64,000 bases of DNA, taken from positions 79,050,001 through 79,114,000 of the forward strand of contig NC_086375.1 in NCBI RefSeq assembly GCF_036588685.1, given 5' to 3'. The notes beneath the pieces were generated by a model. That model saw nothing but the letters and a program-made list of their open reading frames with translations. It searched no databases and was not told where the DNA came from. Position numbers and translations under genes: made by a program. The DNA comes from Mytilus trossulus. Taxonomy: Eukaryota. Positions 26,201 to 39,000 of the stretch are shown here, piece after piece; position 1 is the first letter of the stretch; every line of letters starts with the position of its first letter.

Positions 26201-28675
26201 GTATTTGTATGCACATTAAATAAAATCTATCTTGCTATTAGTTTCTATGTTAAAACATTACTAGATATATATGTTTCTTCCAATAAACAAATTAGTAACC
26301 AATAAAATAATGAAATCAAATTATTACTGGTTATTTCATGCAGTTATTCATTTCTATAATTATCGCATGCCATATGAATATGTCTTACCATTGTTATTTA
26401 CCAGGGATCAACTTTCTGTAATAAGGAGCTTAACTGACATTATTAGGTTAAAGATCTTTAATCGTTCATATATAATAAATATAAGTTGATATATTTCCAT
26501 TAGCCTGAAAAGTTTATAAAGTACTCAGAAATGGTTAAAGTGCATGTGTTGTTAACATAGGCAACATTATTTTCCTGGTCTTTTTTTCTAATTTTTTTTA
26601 AACGTATCCTTTTCTGTATTTCAATTAAGGCTTTTGGTCCCTTTACTGCTCTTACGTAAATTTTAATTGTTTTAAAGTTCTTCTAATCACATTTAATTTC
26701 TACAAACAATATCTTTTCACAAATATAAGAGTCAGAACAGTTAGTAGAAATTAAGTCCTTCAAGAATTTTAAAAACAAATTTTAGGTCGTTAAACGTAGA
26801 CTCCGTTTCAACAAAAAGAAATATTCCTGGAACAAGAATAACAAACATTTTTCAAGTGTAGGAATACCTTTAACTACACTTAAATAATATACCAAATCGG
26901 CCCTCCGAGAAGGGACATATCCAAAATTGTTAACCCTGCTAAGGGTCTTTTCCTCGATGGCTATAGCCCAAGGGAATAGCCATTATAGAGTTGACAATTT
27001 TAGATATCTGCCATCGTATAGGGCTGTAACTGTTGTATTATAACGAACAAATATCGACCTAACCGACTGTGTATAATACCTGGTTTTCACTGGACGCCGA
27101 CGGTATGATGCGACATCGTCGGCTATTAATGATAGCCTATGAGTATTCACTGGACGGCACAATTTGGCCTCAAAATCGGTGAATAATACACCGGTATTAC
27201 TAATAGGGTTGTTCACCGGACAGGACACTTTGTCGAGGTGATTCATCCATCGGTATTAACGATTTGGACAAAACATATCCGAATTAGAGCACACCATGTG
27301 ATCTTTTAGGAGCCAATAGAGTTACGTCATTCTAAGTGTTATAATAAATGAATTATTTGTTATTCTTAAACAAGACAAATATAATTTGGAGACCAGAGCC
27401 AAAGTTTACTCGCTAAAATATGAAACTACATTTAGCTCAGGGTGTTACTTGTTACAGTCTAACAACTCGATCGTAATAGAGTCGCGGCACCCGTTGTTAT
27501 CCCGACTGGCAAAAAATCCTAGCCAAACTTTGGCCTCCGTTTGACTGTGCGGGATGGACAAGAACACAGTTAAAGTCCTGTCAGAATCGGGGCATTTAAT
27601 CTAAAGCCTCGTGTAGAGATAGTGCCATGCTCATTACACGTTAAGAATCCTTTCAACAACTTTTTGAGGGATCCATACGTGGTCTGTTGCAAGGCAAATG
27701 TTTTGTTCTTATCCAATAATACATACTTCTTTATCCAGTGGCAGTCCAAATTTCTAGGACCTTTGGCCTTTGTTAGCCCAGTAGCCAGTACTTCGATACC
27801 GGCACGAAAATACGGATTTTTTGTGTTATCAAAATTTGTTGTAACAAAATGTTAGAAATTATTACAAATTAAGGAATATATCTCCCTCATGCAAAGCTCT
27901 GATTCCTATCACGGATTTGGCTATTCTTTTTGGACCTTTTGGATTATAGCTCTTCAGTTTTTATATAAGCTTTGGATTTCAAATATTTTGGCCACGAGCA
28001 TCACTGAAGAGACATGTATTGTCGAAATGCGCATCTGGTGCAGGAAAATTGGTACCGTTAATGTTCTTACAGGACCTACCCATAGTATTTTCCGTCCTAA
28101 ACATACATGCAATGTTTGCTAATGGACGCTACTTAAACATCAATCTATCAATTTATCTATACCTTTGATATTTGTCTTATATGTGGTATTGAATGTAAGC
28201 AAAATCAGGTACAGGCTTTTTACGAACATGTCATGGACATTTCTTACGCATTATCGGCCCAAAAATCATCATAGTCGTCATATGGTCTTCCGCAGCCAGC
28301 TTATAAACAAAAAGTCGAAGAAAGATCGTCAACACAGCCAAAGTATGTGATACTGGATTCATCACTTACCTTCAATGCATTTTCATCGATCTTTTTAAAT
28401 ACAGTTGAGTCGGGTATCAGGTCACGCCTCTTCTTTTGTGGTGGGTAAGGTCTTCGAACGTCCTCTGCTTCCGGCGTTGGAGTTCCAGGTATGCTAAATC
28501 TAACTGACGATACGTTTGCAGGGCTTCGAACAACCTGAACTTCTTTGTTAAACTGAACTCGACGTTCAGATTTTGAACTAAATGAGTCAGTACTTGTTAC
28601 AGTAGCTGGGGTTAAGAGAGAACTCCGATTTCCTGAATTTGCGGAAGATTCTTGATGAGAAGAGTTGCATCCCAT
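23225..28675 (-). CDS. KY: Kyphoscoliosis peptidase / hillarin-like transglutaminase-fold protein, 613 aa
   Basis: Exons 28675-28370, 25501-25386, 24933-24817, 24527-23225 (1842 nt, in phase). Motifs: EKIRAFYIWITNN, VCEGYANLFAELC (Cys), HTWNAV (His), ECTWGAG, YFLPDPE..IFTHFP. A probable non-coding upstream exon has its donor at 29608. Confidence 0.9.
27998..28041 (+). ncRNA. Type I minimal hammerhead ribozyme with intact core, at the 3' end of a retrozyme copy (about 27775-28060)
   Basis: Stem I GCAUCA/UGGUGC, core CUGAAGA, stem II GACA/UGUC, GAAA, palindromic stem III AUGCGCAU, cleavage triplet AUC (after 28035). Confidence 0.85.
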
Positions 28676-30589
28676 TTGTTACTGCATCTGAAAAAAAGAA
28701 TAAAAATGTCAACGATCCTATTTCTAAAAATAAACTTTTAGATTTAGATAAGATGCAATGGTGGGCTATATCGATTTTAGCCTGATAATCCCAGGCACTT
28801 TTCTCAGATAAAAACAAATTTCTGAGACAAGTGCCTGTGCCTGACAGTGGTAAAGTAGTCTTCCGCCATAAGGGATTGGAGAGTTAGAACAATCTGATTT
28901 ACATATATAGATCATGTGACCACGTTTTGCTTTCATTGTGGCACCTTGTATCAAATTTATTGCCAGCTATCTTGGTGTTTAAAATATTATATGTGGGCAC
29001 GTCTTAGATATTAGTGTTTGATGGAAGAAGTGCATTTTATTTTTTTACTGAAGAATTACTTCAAATCCATAAAAAAAAACGTATGAAGAAAAAAAAGAAG
29101 AAAAACGCCTGACATCTTTTTGGGGTTTATATTTAGTAACCTTTATAAATGCCAGGCCAATCTACATTACTCTCCGCGATGATGATCAATAATTCTACAA
29201 TATTCATTTAAAAGGCTTAGTACCGAACCCTTCTCATTGTTGTTGAAAAAAAGCATGAAACATAAAATTGATATGGGCATGCGCCAACTCATTTATTGGC
29301 AGGACAGTCCTAACAGTCATAACACCTCAGTGTCCTCACCCTAACCATCCGCGTTATCCAGCTTACTTTTCCGAGTAAGATATGTCCATCCCTTTTGGTC
29401 GAGATATATGACAGATAAACATGTTTATAACTAGAGAAAATACATGCACAAACAGCTAAAGTTCTGATCTGTTTATATTTTAACCGAGAATATAGCTAGC
29501 TATGAAAGAACGGTGATATGTTAAGAAGACTTGTCAATCAGTCTTAATTTGGAAAAGACACAAACAAACCGTAATGATTATGTATATACTGAAAATTGTT
29601 TACTTACCTTATTTAGTTTCTAAACAAGACCACTTTTGCTAGTTACATAGATCAATACTTATAACAGATTTTAATTATTCAAATAAAAAAGGTAGAGAAT
29701 GTCAATAAAGAGGACATTTAAAACTCTGTGGTGATTGTTCAGTGGCGCGTATCAGATATTGAGAATTGTGTTGACAGGATTTAACGGTGCGAGGAATCTT
29801 TTTAATCAAAATTAACTACAACCATATTGCATGTCATACTCTGCAGATGCACATGAAATTGTGTTTTTTTCCCCAAATTAACACAGAAAGCAGCGGTTAT
29901 AAGAAGTGTACTATCATGCAAACACGCAATATCAATCAGTCAATAACTAAGAAATCAATGTAAGATAGTAGCACATCAAAGGATACTTCCACATACTACA
30001 CGCAACTGACAGAATTAAAGATTTTTATTTGCCGATTGTAACGCTTGTGGTTTTACTAAGTATTCCCATCAAAACACAAGATGTCCACTTTAACAACATA
30101 AGTATACTAGTTATAAACTTTATCGATAAGTCTTTATCAGAAAAAGAACAGATGACCGACGCATGGTCTTTTTAAATATTAATGCTACTATTCAACTCCT
30201 ATTATAAATAAAATCTACCCCAAAAATCGTAATTCAGCAAAATACCTGATGTTCATTGAAAGTTTGGACTACTTTGCATACTGCGTAAAAGCATTTACAT
30301 ATAAAATTTAAAACTGTTAAAACCGAAGAAAGGTCTTCTCGCAATTAGAATTGTTTAAAATGCAGATTTTAATATCAAGATTCTAACTGGACATAACTTG
30401 CTTTTATTGTACGGTCGAATTGTTCAAAGTTCAGATGAGTTTCTAAAAAAAAAAGAGATCTAGACTGCTTAGAAAGAATACATGTGTCAGTCGAATTTTG
30501 TCTATTCAAGATTTCTGTAATGCTCCCTCATCCATGACAGCACACAGTAACTAGGGTCCAGCATCCTAGATATAATTGTATAGGATCTC

Positions 30590-30870
30590 GGAGCAGAAGT
30601 GTCCCCGGGGATGCAGTGTGGTCACATGAGCGCGTAGACCTTCCTTTGCACTCGTCATTCAATCTTGCCAAAGTTATTGGAAAATATCCGGATTAGTAGG
30701 AGTCGTAAGCCAAGTGAAGCAACCCATAAATGAGAAGAAATCACCGCATTACCAAACCAGTTAGATAAGGCTCGTAAGTCATGACAGGCAGCTTATCTAA
30801 ACAAAGGATATCTCGAGAACAAAATAGCTGGTCCTTAGAATTTGGGGTTGAGCGCAAGACCAACTTTTCA
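30590..30870 (+). mobile_element. Probable 5' UTR relic of an RTE-clade LINE
   Basis: GC-richer island with ctggtccttagaatttggggttgagcg..ccaac, resembling the RTE 5' UTR motif ggtcctccaggttgggg(g)ttg; no ORF follows. Confidence 0.3.
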
Positions 30871-33800
30871 GTTACATGTACTAGCTCTAACTCAAGTAAG
30901 ATAGAGATACATTGTATATATAATTATAGTCCTTCATTGACATATCATGCTCCCCCGGAGGAGCAAAAGGCCCAAGTAAGTAAATAATTCTATTGCATTG
31001 TCTTTTTTATAAATGTACTCTGTAAAGAAACTTGAAAGTTTTTAAATAAAAACATCAAAATGTAGTTTTTGCATAAAGAATACATTTTATACAATGAAAT
31101 AAGTACATACCGACAACAAACACTGAATAGTTGTAATTAGAATCCTTTAGTTTAGCACGGCATTAGAAAGATATTTTGTTGAACGTTGGTATGGTTTTAG
31201 GTTTGATCAAGCCCTATGCTAATCTCATTGTGTATTGAAATTAGATATTGAAATCTTAAAGATTAAGCTGTTTAAAAGATCCCCATGATTATTTAAGTTC
31301 AATCAGTGATCGATATATATTCATAATCTCAAAGATTTAATGCTTGCAGTTAGTATATTTACAAATGCATTGTACTTGTATTATCTTAACACGGAATATG
31401 AAATTATGCGTAAATGAATTAATAATGCAAATTGGTTATTACTCAATGTTACTTTAAAAGTAAGTTCTAGTAAACCAATAAGGAAGTGTTCCTTTTCTTA
31501 AAAAAATCAACTTAAGACTAAGTAACATTGTTTCGAAAGGCAACCAGGGACTCATAATTATCCTATAGTATATGTCATTATGAGAGCCGGTAATAGGGTG
31601 CACATATCACATCTGCAACTTTTATACTTTCTGAAAAATAGCCCAAAAAATATCCGGAAATTGAAGTGACAAATGCATTGACTACGCGTAAATGTAGCAA
31701 AAAGGTTGAATTATTTGAACTACAAATAACCTTTTTTTCAAAAACCTGTACTTAGAATTTGAAAAATGCATTTTATTGCCTGTCAGTTTGTGTAACTTTT
31801 TTAAATTGTTATGGAATTCCGCATGCTCTAGTTGCTTACACTTAAGCTACATACAGTACCATATAAGTTGTATACAACATATACCATCACTTAGCGCCAA
31901 ATTTTCTCCATTGTCTATTCATCTTTTGTTCCGCCATTCTGATTTTTAAGAGTATACGAAAGGATAAGTGTATGTTTTCTTTTTCGTTATCATAGATATA
32001 TTTCACAACTACAAATCTATTTATGGCATATTGTACATGTACATGTATGTATAATAACTCTCTTCATTGAATGATAGAATAGAGAATGGAAACGGGGAAT
32101 GTGTCGAAGAGACAACAACCCGACGAACAGCCCATGGCTACTAATATGTCTTCAACTCAGAGAAAAAACAGACACTCTGCTTGCCCGTAAAAGAATGTGT
32201 ATGCTTATGACATACATGAAAGGGCATTTTGAAAAGGTGCTCACAAGACTGGGTTCTTTATTTCCATAATCCTGCTGCTCCCTCCCCAACCTTTTGGTAT
32301 AGTTTACAGTTGATAATAAAGATCTCAACGATTTTCTATTATTTTAGTAAATATACTGTAAACAACAGCAAAATATCTGAGACAGGAAATCACATTACGA
32401 TGTCAATTTCTGCATTATCATGTTTAAGAGGCAAGATGAATCCTGCCTCCGTGTTCGTTTTTTTACGCTGTGTTGAAGACCCATTGGTTGCCTTGAACCA
32501 TTTTCTGCTCTTAGATCGGGTTTCTCAATTTACCCAATTCCATTCTCAATTTTATGACCTTTCAAACTTGAATTAAATGTTCAACAACATTTTCGAATAA
32601 AGCTGTAGCGTAATCATTTGCACGGGGTGAACTGTTTGCAGATTGTAATTTAAATAGATACTTACACATTACATCGAGTTTCGTATTGAAATAGATTCCA
32701 AATTGTGAACAACAAAAAATGGTAACATTTTTAAGGGGTTATTATGTTTTTTTAATTGTTTTATTACAGAAAGATTACCAGTGGTCTATAAGTGCCATAA
32801 TGTACAAGGTATAAAACATATTGTACTTCTTTTTTAGAATTTCTATACGCCGGGGGAGGGGGGGGGGGGGTAAATCAAATGGAATTAATTTTCTGCTCAA
32901 ATTTGAAGTAAATTATTCATACGATCAACGTCTTCGGTATCTTATATATTTCATTTGGTAAAATGAGAATTTTGAGATTGTCTTTCGTCGTTTTCGTGCA
33001 GCTCCTTCTAAATAAGTACCTTTTTTCAAAAATTGCCATTCAATGCTAAACGAAATACATGATGATTCTCATACATTACATATACAAGTTGTATGTAAAA
33101 TCTTACAGACATCTGTGACAAGCCTAGTTAAGGTTCCTTGGCCTATGTCGGATACATATGTACTGGTACCTCATTAGCAATATCTTAGATTTGTACGCAA
33201 GAACATATGGAGCCACATACTTTACATGTTCGGTATTTTACAAGTTTTACAATATTTGTATATTCCGAATACCAACTATTTACGGAAAAAAACATTTAAA
33301 ATGAAACTATAAACATTAACTATTTTTAATCAAATTTATTTTGAAAAAATATAAAAAATGTTATTTACTGAAACATATAAAAAATATAAAAAATGTTATT
33401 TACTGAATCGGTCCAACATATATGTTCCGCATATATATAACTTAGGTTTATAATAAGAAAGAAAATCAACAAGGCCGAATAACATTTCTGACCAATGCAA
33501 ACTAGAGGTTAATGTCAAATTCGCACCTGCCATATATCTAAATAAAATAAATATTTTTTATAGAACTTTTCAAGTAAGAAGATTAACGCATAAAACATTC
33601 CAAATAGAAATGATAGTTTAAAACAACAATTTATATAAATTAGGCTAAGAAATTAGGTGATAAGTACCATGAGTACCTTTCGTCTCACTTTTAGATACCT
33701 CGTATATTTATAAAATCTAGAAACACAGTTTTTCAGTACACATGCACGAGGGTGTGGATAGGGTTAACCGAATAGAGATTAATGGGTTAAAACTAAGATA

Positions 33801-34069
33801 TTGACAATGTCCCCAAACATTTTGGACAAAAATGGTATTGGCACACAACTTGAAATTGTTACGCTGTCTGTAAGACACAAATGATGCCTCGTCTGACCAT
33901 GAGAAAGTATAAATTTAACACTTTGTATGTTGATCTTATGCTTGCAAAACTGTAGGAGGAGATAACAATACAAACCATGATCTCGTTATGAGCTTGTATC
34001 AAAATATTATTAAGTCCAACTACCTGTAATTTTCAGAATATTAAAAAGAAATCAAAACTCTGTGATCCT

Positions 34070-35512
34070 AAAATTGAGAAAGGAAATGGTGAATATGTCA
34101 AAGCGGCAACCACATAGAGCAGACAACAGCCGAAGGCCACCAAGGGGCCTTCAAGGTAGCGATAATTCCTGCACCCGTAGATGTCCTTTAGCTGGCCCCT
34201 AAAAATATGTATACTAGTACAGTGATAATGGACGTCATACTAAACTCCGAATTATACACAAGAAACTAAAATTAAAAAAACATACAAGACTAACAAAGCT
34301 CAGAGACTCCTGACTTGGAACGGGCGCAAAATTGCGGCGGGGTAAAACATGTTTATGATATCTCAACCCTCCCCCTATACCTCTAGCCAATGTAGAATAG
34401 TAAACGCATAACAATACGCACATTAAAATTCAGTTCAAGAGAAGTCCGAGTCCGATGTCAAAAGATGTAACAAAAGAAAATAAATGAAATGACAATAATA
34501 CATAAATAACAACAAACTACTAGCAGTTAACTGACATGTCAGCTCCAAACCTCAATTAAACTGATTGAAAGATTATGTCTTCATCATATGAATATCAAGC
34601 ACAATCCCTCCCGTTAGGGGTTCAGTAGCATACTATCATAAAGTATATGAGAAGAACATAACCCGTGTCATGCCAACAACTGTTTTTTTTTAAATAAATG
34701 TGTTTAGTTCCGATGCAAAGACCCTATAAGTGAATCAATATTAAAGCCAAAATATGCAATATTTAATGACCTGCCAACACTATCGTAACTATATCCCTTA
34801 ATAAGTCTGTTTAAAGGTTTTGTAAGCTTTTGAGGTGAATACTGACATTTTTGTGCTTTGTAAAGAATGTAAAAATAAAACAAAAATGGATGTGAAGTAC
34901 CTGAACGTATAAGATGTCTGCATGTTAAGCTATATTTATTATTATTACCTTATACCGGTGATAAAATTTAATAAATGTTTTGACCAGTTTGTGATATCGA
35001 AAACCCTGGTGTAATAATTTTTCAGTAATACATAAATTTCTCTCGCTAAAATCTAATACGTTGTTTATACATACACGGGCGAATCGTACAAGTTGAGATA
35101 TATAAACACCATAAGATGGTGACAAGAGAACTCACCATCTAAAAGTGGATAATTAACAATAGGAAATGAAAAATCCTCTCTTTTATCATAAATAATTGTA
35201 TTAAGCTTCCCGTTAATGATATAGATATCAAGATCGAGAAAAGGGCAGTGGTCATTGTTAGTATTAGCTTTATTTAAAGTAAGTTCAACAGGATAAATTT
35301 CTTTAGTATACATACCGAAGTCGTCATTATTGAGAGCCAATATATCATCCAAATATCTAAAAGTATTGTTAAATTTTTGTATCAAATGTTGTTTCGATGG
35401 GTCTTTGCTAATTTTAGTCATAAATTGTAACTCATAACGATACAAAAACAGGTCCGCAATAAGTGGTGCACAGTTAGTCCCTATTGGAATTCCATTAACT
35501 TGACGAAATATC
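34070..35512 (-). mobile_element. 5'-truncated Penelope-like retroelement (RT core and thumb, frameshift near 35125, plus 3' region)
   Basis: GIPIGTNCAPLIADLFLY, FRYLDD, PFLDL, YDKREDFSFPIVNYP, SYGVYISQLVRFAR. Copies of the 3' region occur at 61186-61581(+), 11090-11285(+), 5080-5215(-), 32080-32200. Confidence 0.88.
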
Positions 35513-36026
35513 CACACCTTCATTATATGTATGTAGATCCTACAAAATATTGAAGCTGTACCTTCAAAATTGTGGGAGGAGATAGCCAGACAAAATAGGC
35601 AGTGAAAAATAGCGAAACAATTAAAGAATACAGAAATGAAAAACGCCTCATTTATACATCTTGCATCGATGAATAATAAAAATAATGTCCATATTTGAAT
35701 TGACCAGGTCAAAAATATCTTGGAATCGAAATTTTGCATCGTATTCCCTTGGCAGAAAATGAATATGTCAGTTAAAAATATAGTATTGCCAAAAAATGCT
35801 TTATTAACCAAAAACATGGAAACGTTGGCCAGTATTCTGTAACAGTTAATAAAATAAGATTAATATATTTGATAAACCAAAATATTAGTTTTTGCTATAA
35901 AGATATTACCGCTTATTCAACAATTTTAAGTCGATACGTCTTTAAATGTGTGAAAATTGTTGATATTAAGTTTAAATATCTAACGAGTGTCGTTTTTGGA
36001 GCTTGCCTACTGAACGCTGTGGTAGC

Positions 36027-39000
36027 ATGGATAAAGGTACGTTAATTTGACTAAGAAAACTGTGTCATCTATATAATTTTTGTATTTTTTTCATTTTTAG
36101 AAAGTACATATTTTGGTTATATCAGATAAAATTGAGCTTTTTTTATTTCGCTTTCTTTTTTTATGTTTAGTAGTAGTGTAATGACAAAATGCGACTAATT
36201 GCTTCAAGCAAATAAATACTTATATTTTTCCCCATTATATTTCTTTTGCTGTTTTGTTTTACAGTGAAGGAATACTTATTTCATTATATTTTACAGGATA
36301 TCACTTTATTGTTGCCTTTCTGTTTGCTATAGTTGCAGTTCAACAAATTTCTTCAGGTAACATATTTGATAAATATTCTTAGATATAAACATTATTTATA
36401 TATATCTTTGTTTTGATTGAATGTGTGCTATCCATTTTTTTTTATAAAAATGTGACAACGGAATGATATCAAGCCACATTGTTGTTCAGAATTTTACGAA
36501 CCAAACTGGTAACTTAATTGACAACAAATGGAAGTTTTTAACGACCATGACTGGCTATACAGCCCTTGCACGGTTGGCAAAACTTGATTGAAATTATATT
36601 GTACAATGTATATAGATATAGGAAGATGTAGTATGAGTGCCAGTGAGACACCTCTTCAGTATTCAAATGAAAATTGATGATTTAAATTTCAAAACTCTTT
36701 TTAAATGTATATGGTTAACACTCTTTTAAATACAGATCATTCTTTTGTATTGTCTTGTTTATAGTCATCCTGTTTCTAAACAGTTTAGCTGATTGCATAC
36801 ATTGGTTGTATCGTATGAACGTATGCATGGACTTATTTCAACTTTCCTTATCAATACATGTGCAAAAATGGGAATATACATATGACACATACAAACATAA
36901 CTATTTTTTTTTAGCTGAACACCCCTTTAATTTAATGCAATAACTTGTCTAATTAAAAACCTATTTGGTATGGCCGAGTAACAAAATATATATGAAAAAA
37001 AGTTACTATTTTCGAAACATTCACTTTAAACAAAACACAAATATGACTACAATTTGAATAGTTTATATTCACATAGATGAATTATAGAATTTTAAAACAT
37101 TGCATTTGTCTTCTTCTGCTTCGTTAGATTTCAAAAACAATTTTTTAGTTAGAAACTACATGTATTCATAAATTCCAGCTCCCGACAATGAAGGCACTGA
37201 GTTTGTCATTGCGTACATGGAAAACATTGCTGTTGCTTATGAAATAGAATTATTCATCACCACTACGAGAACGAGTATGGTGAATGTCCAGGTCACGGCA
37301 CCAAAATATTCTTCTTCAATTAATGAACAGTTTACAGTTACAGCGGGAACAGTAAAACAGCTATTCTTTAACCCAGGTCTACGTATGTCGGGTTCGAGTT
37401 CTTCCAGCAAAGGTATTCTTGTATCAGCTAGTGATGAAGTTGTTATTTACGGTGTAAATAAAGAGAGATATTCGAACGACGCGTTTCTTGGAGTTCCAAT
37501 AGATGTTTTAGGTACAGAGTATTACGCCGTCACGTGGTACCCAGCATCTCAACAGTGTGAACTAGCGGTTGCAGGTGTCATCGATAACACTGTTGTGTCA
37601 TTTACCTTTCCAGCTAGTATGAGTAGTTCAGTCACGTATGATGGAGTGAGCTATTCAGGAGGAAGCACACTTACCGTAACACTACACCAGTTTGACACAA
37701 TTCAACTGATAAACAGTGATGCAGATTTGACAGGCACGTATATACACTCCGATAAAAAGATAGCAGCTTTTAGTGGAAACAAGAAAACAACAATAGGAAC
37801 TGGGACTAGTTCGGACCACCTCGTAGAACAGCTTACACCAGTAGGCACATGGGGAAAGAATTTCATTACTGTCCCAATACCACTAAGGACAACAGGAGAC
37901 TATTTCAAGTACATTGCTAGTGAGGCGGGAACCACCGTGACTATTTCTGGTGGATTTACTGAAACGTTTACGTTAGCTAACGCCGGTGACTTTGAGGAAA
38001 GACTTGTTCCGTCCACTGCTTATTGTTATGTTTCAGCTGACAAAGCTATTAAAGTTGTCCAATTCTGTCTCAGTCAACAATCGAGTAACGAGTTATCCGA
38101 CCCAATGATGATGATTATTCCCCCTGTTGAACAGTTTGGTGCCGATTACACGTTTGCTACGCCGAGGTATTCACAGGGTTCATATGATAACTACTTTATG
38201 TTTGTCGTCAAAAGAGCAGAAAAAGATGGATTGCTTGTAGATGGAGCAGCATTTCCCTCAGCCACAGTTTACAATGATATCAATGTTGGCGGAACAGATT
38301 ACGTTGCCGGTTACATTTCTGTATCAGATGGTTCACACACAATTCGCCACCAATCTACAATCTCAATCTTTGGAGGTTACTTATATGGCCAGGCACAATA
38401 TGAAACATACGGGTTTACAACTGGTATGAGACTGGCACCAATAAATACGGTATGTAAAGTATATTTGTATATCATACCATAAGTTTACTATTTCTTTTGC
38501 TTTAGGTGACAACCATTTGAATTGCTGGGGGTTGGGGCAGGAGAGTGTTTGAAATAGATAACCTGATAAAATGACTTACCCCAACACAAAATGAACATGA
38601 ATACTTTGACATATTAAATGCTGGATGTTAATATATACGTTTAATAATTGTAGGAAATATAAAATGTATATGTACAAGCTTTGGAAATAGGGCAAATTCC
38701 AGCTTTCACGATCTTTTCTCTATATATTTCCGCAAATGTACAAATAGTATTTCTATCCTGCAATTTTCAGCCGTTTCTTGTCATAAAAAAGTACTCTAAT
38801 TATTCAAAGACATTGACATAATTAAACACGATCGACTTTATTTGTACAGGTATAAATCATTTATAAAGCAATAGTTTATTAAATCTTCTTATTTTGATAA
38901 TTGGCTGATCGCAGGATAGATGAATAAACGAGCGGCAAAACTGTGAAAATGCCTCAAAATATATATGAAACTCCCACATGGTGAAAACAGATGTTCCGTC

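Noticed and set aside
35513-35817. N-terminal part of ORF 35065-35817 as RT sequence
   Set aside because: RT similarity stops near 35512; the upstream part is chance open frame in flanking DNA.
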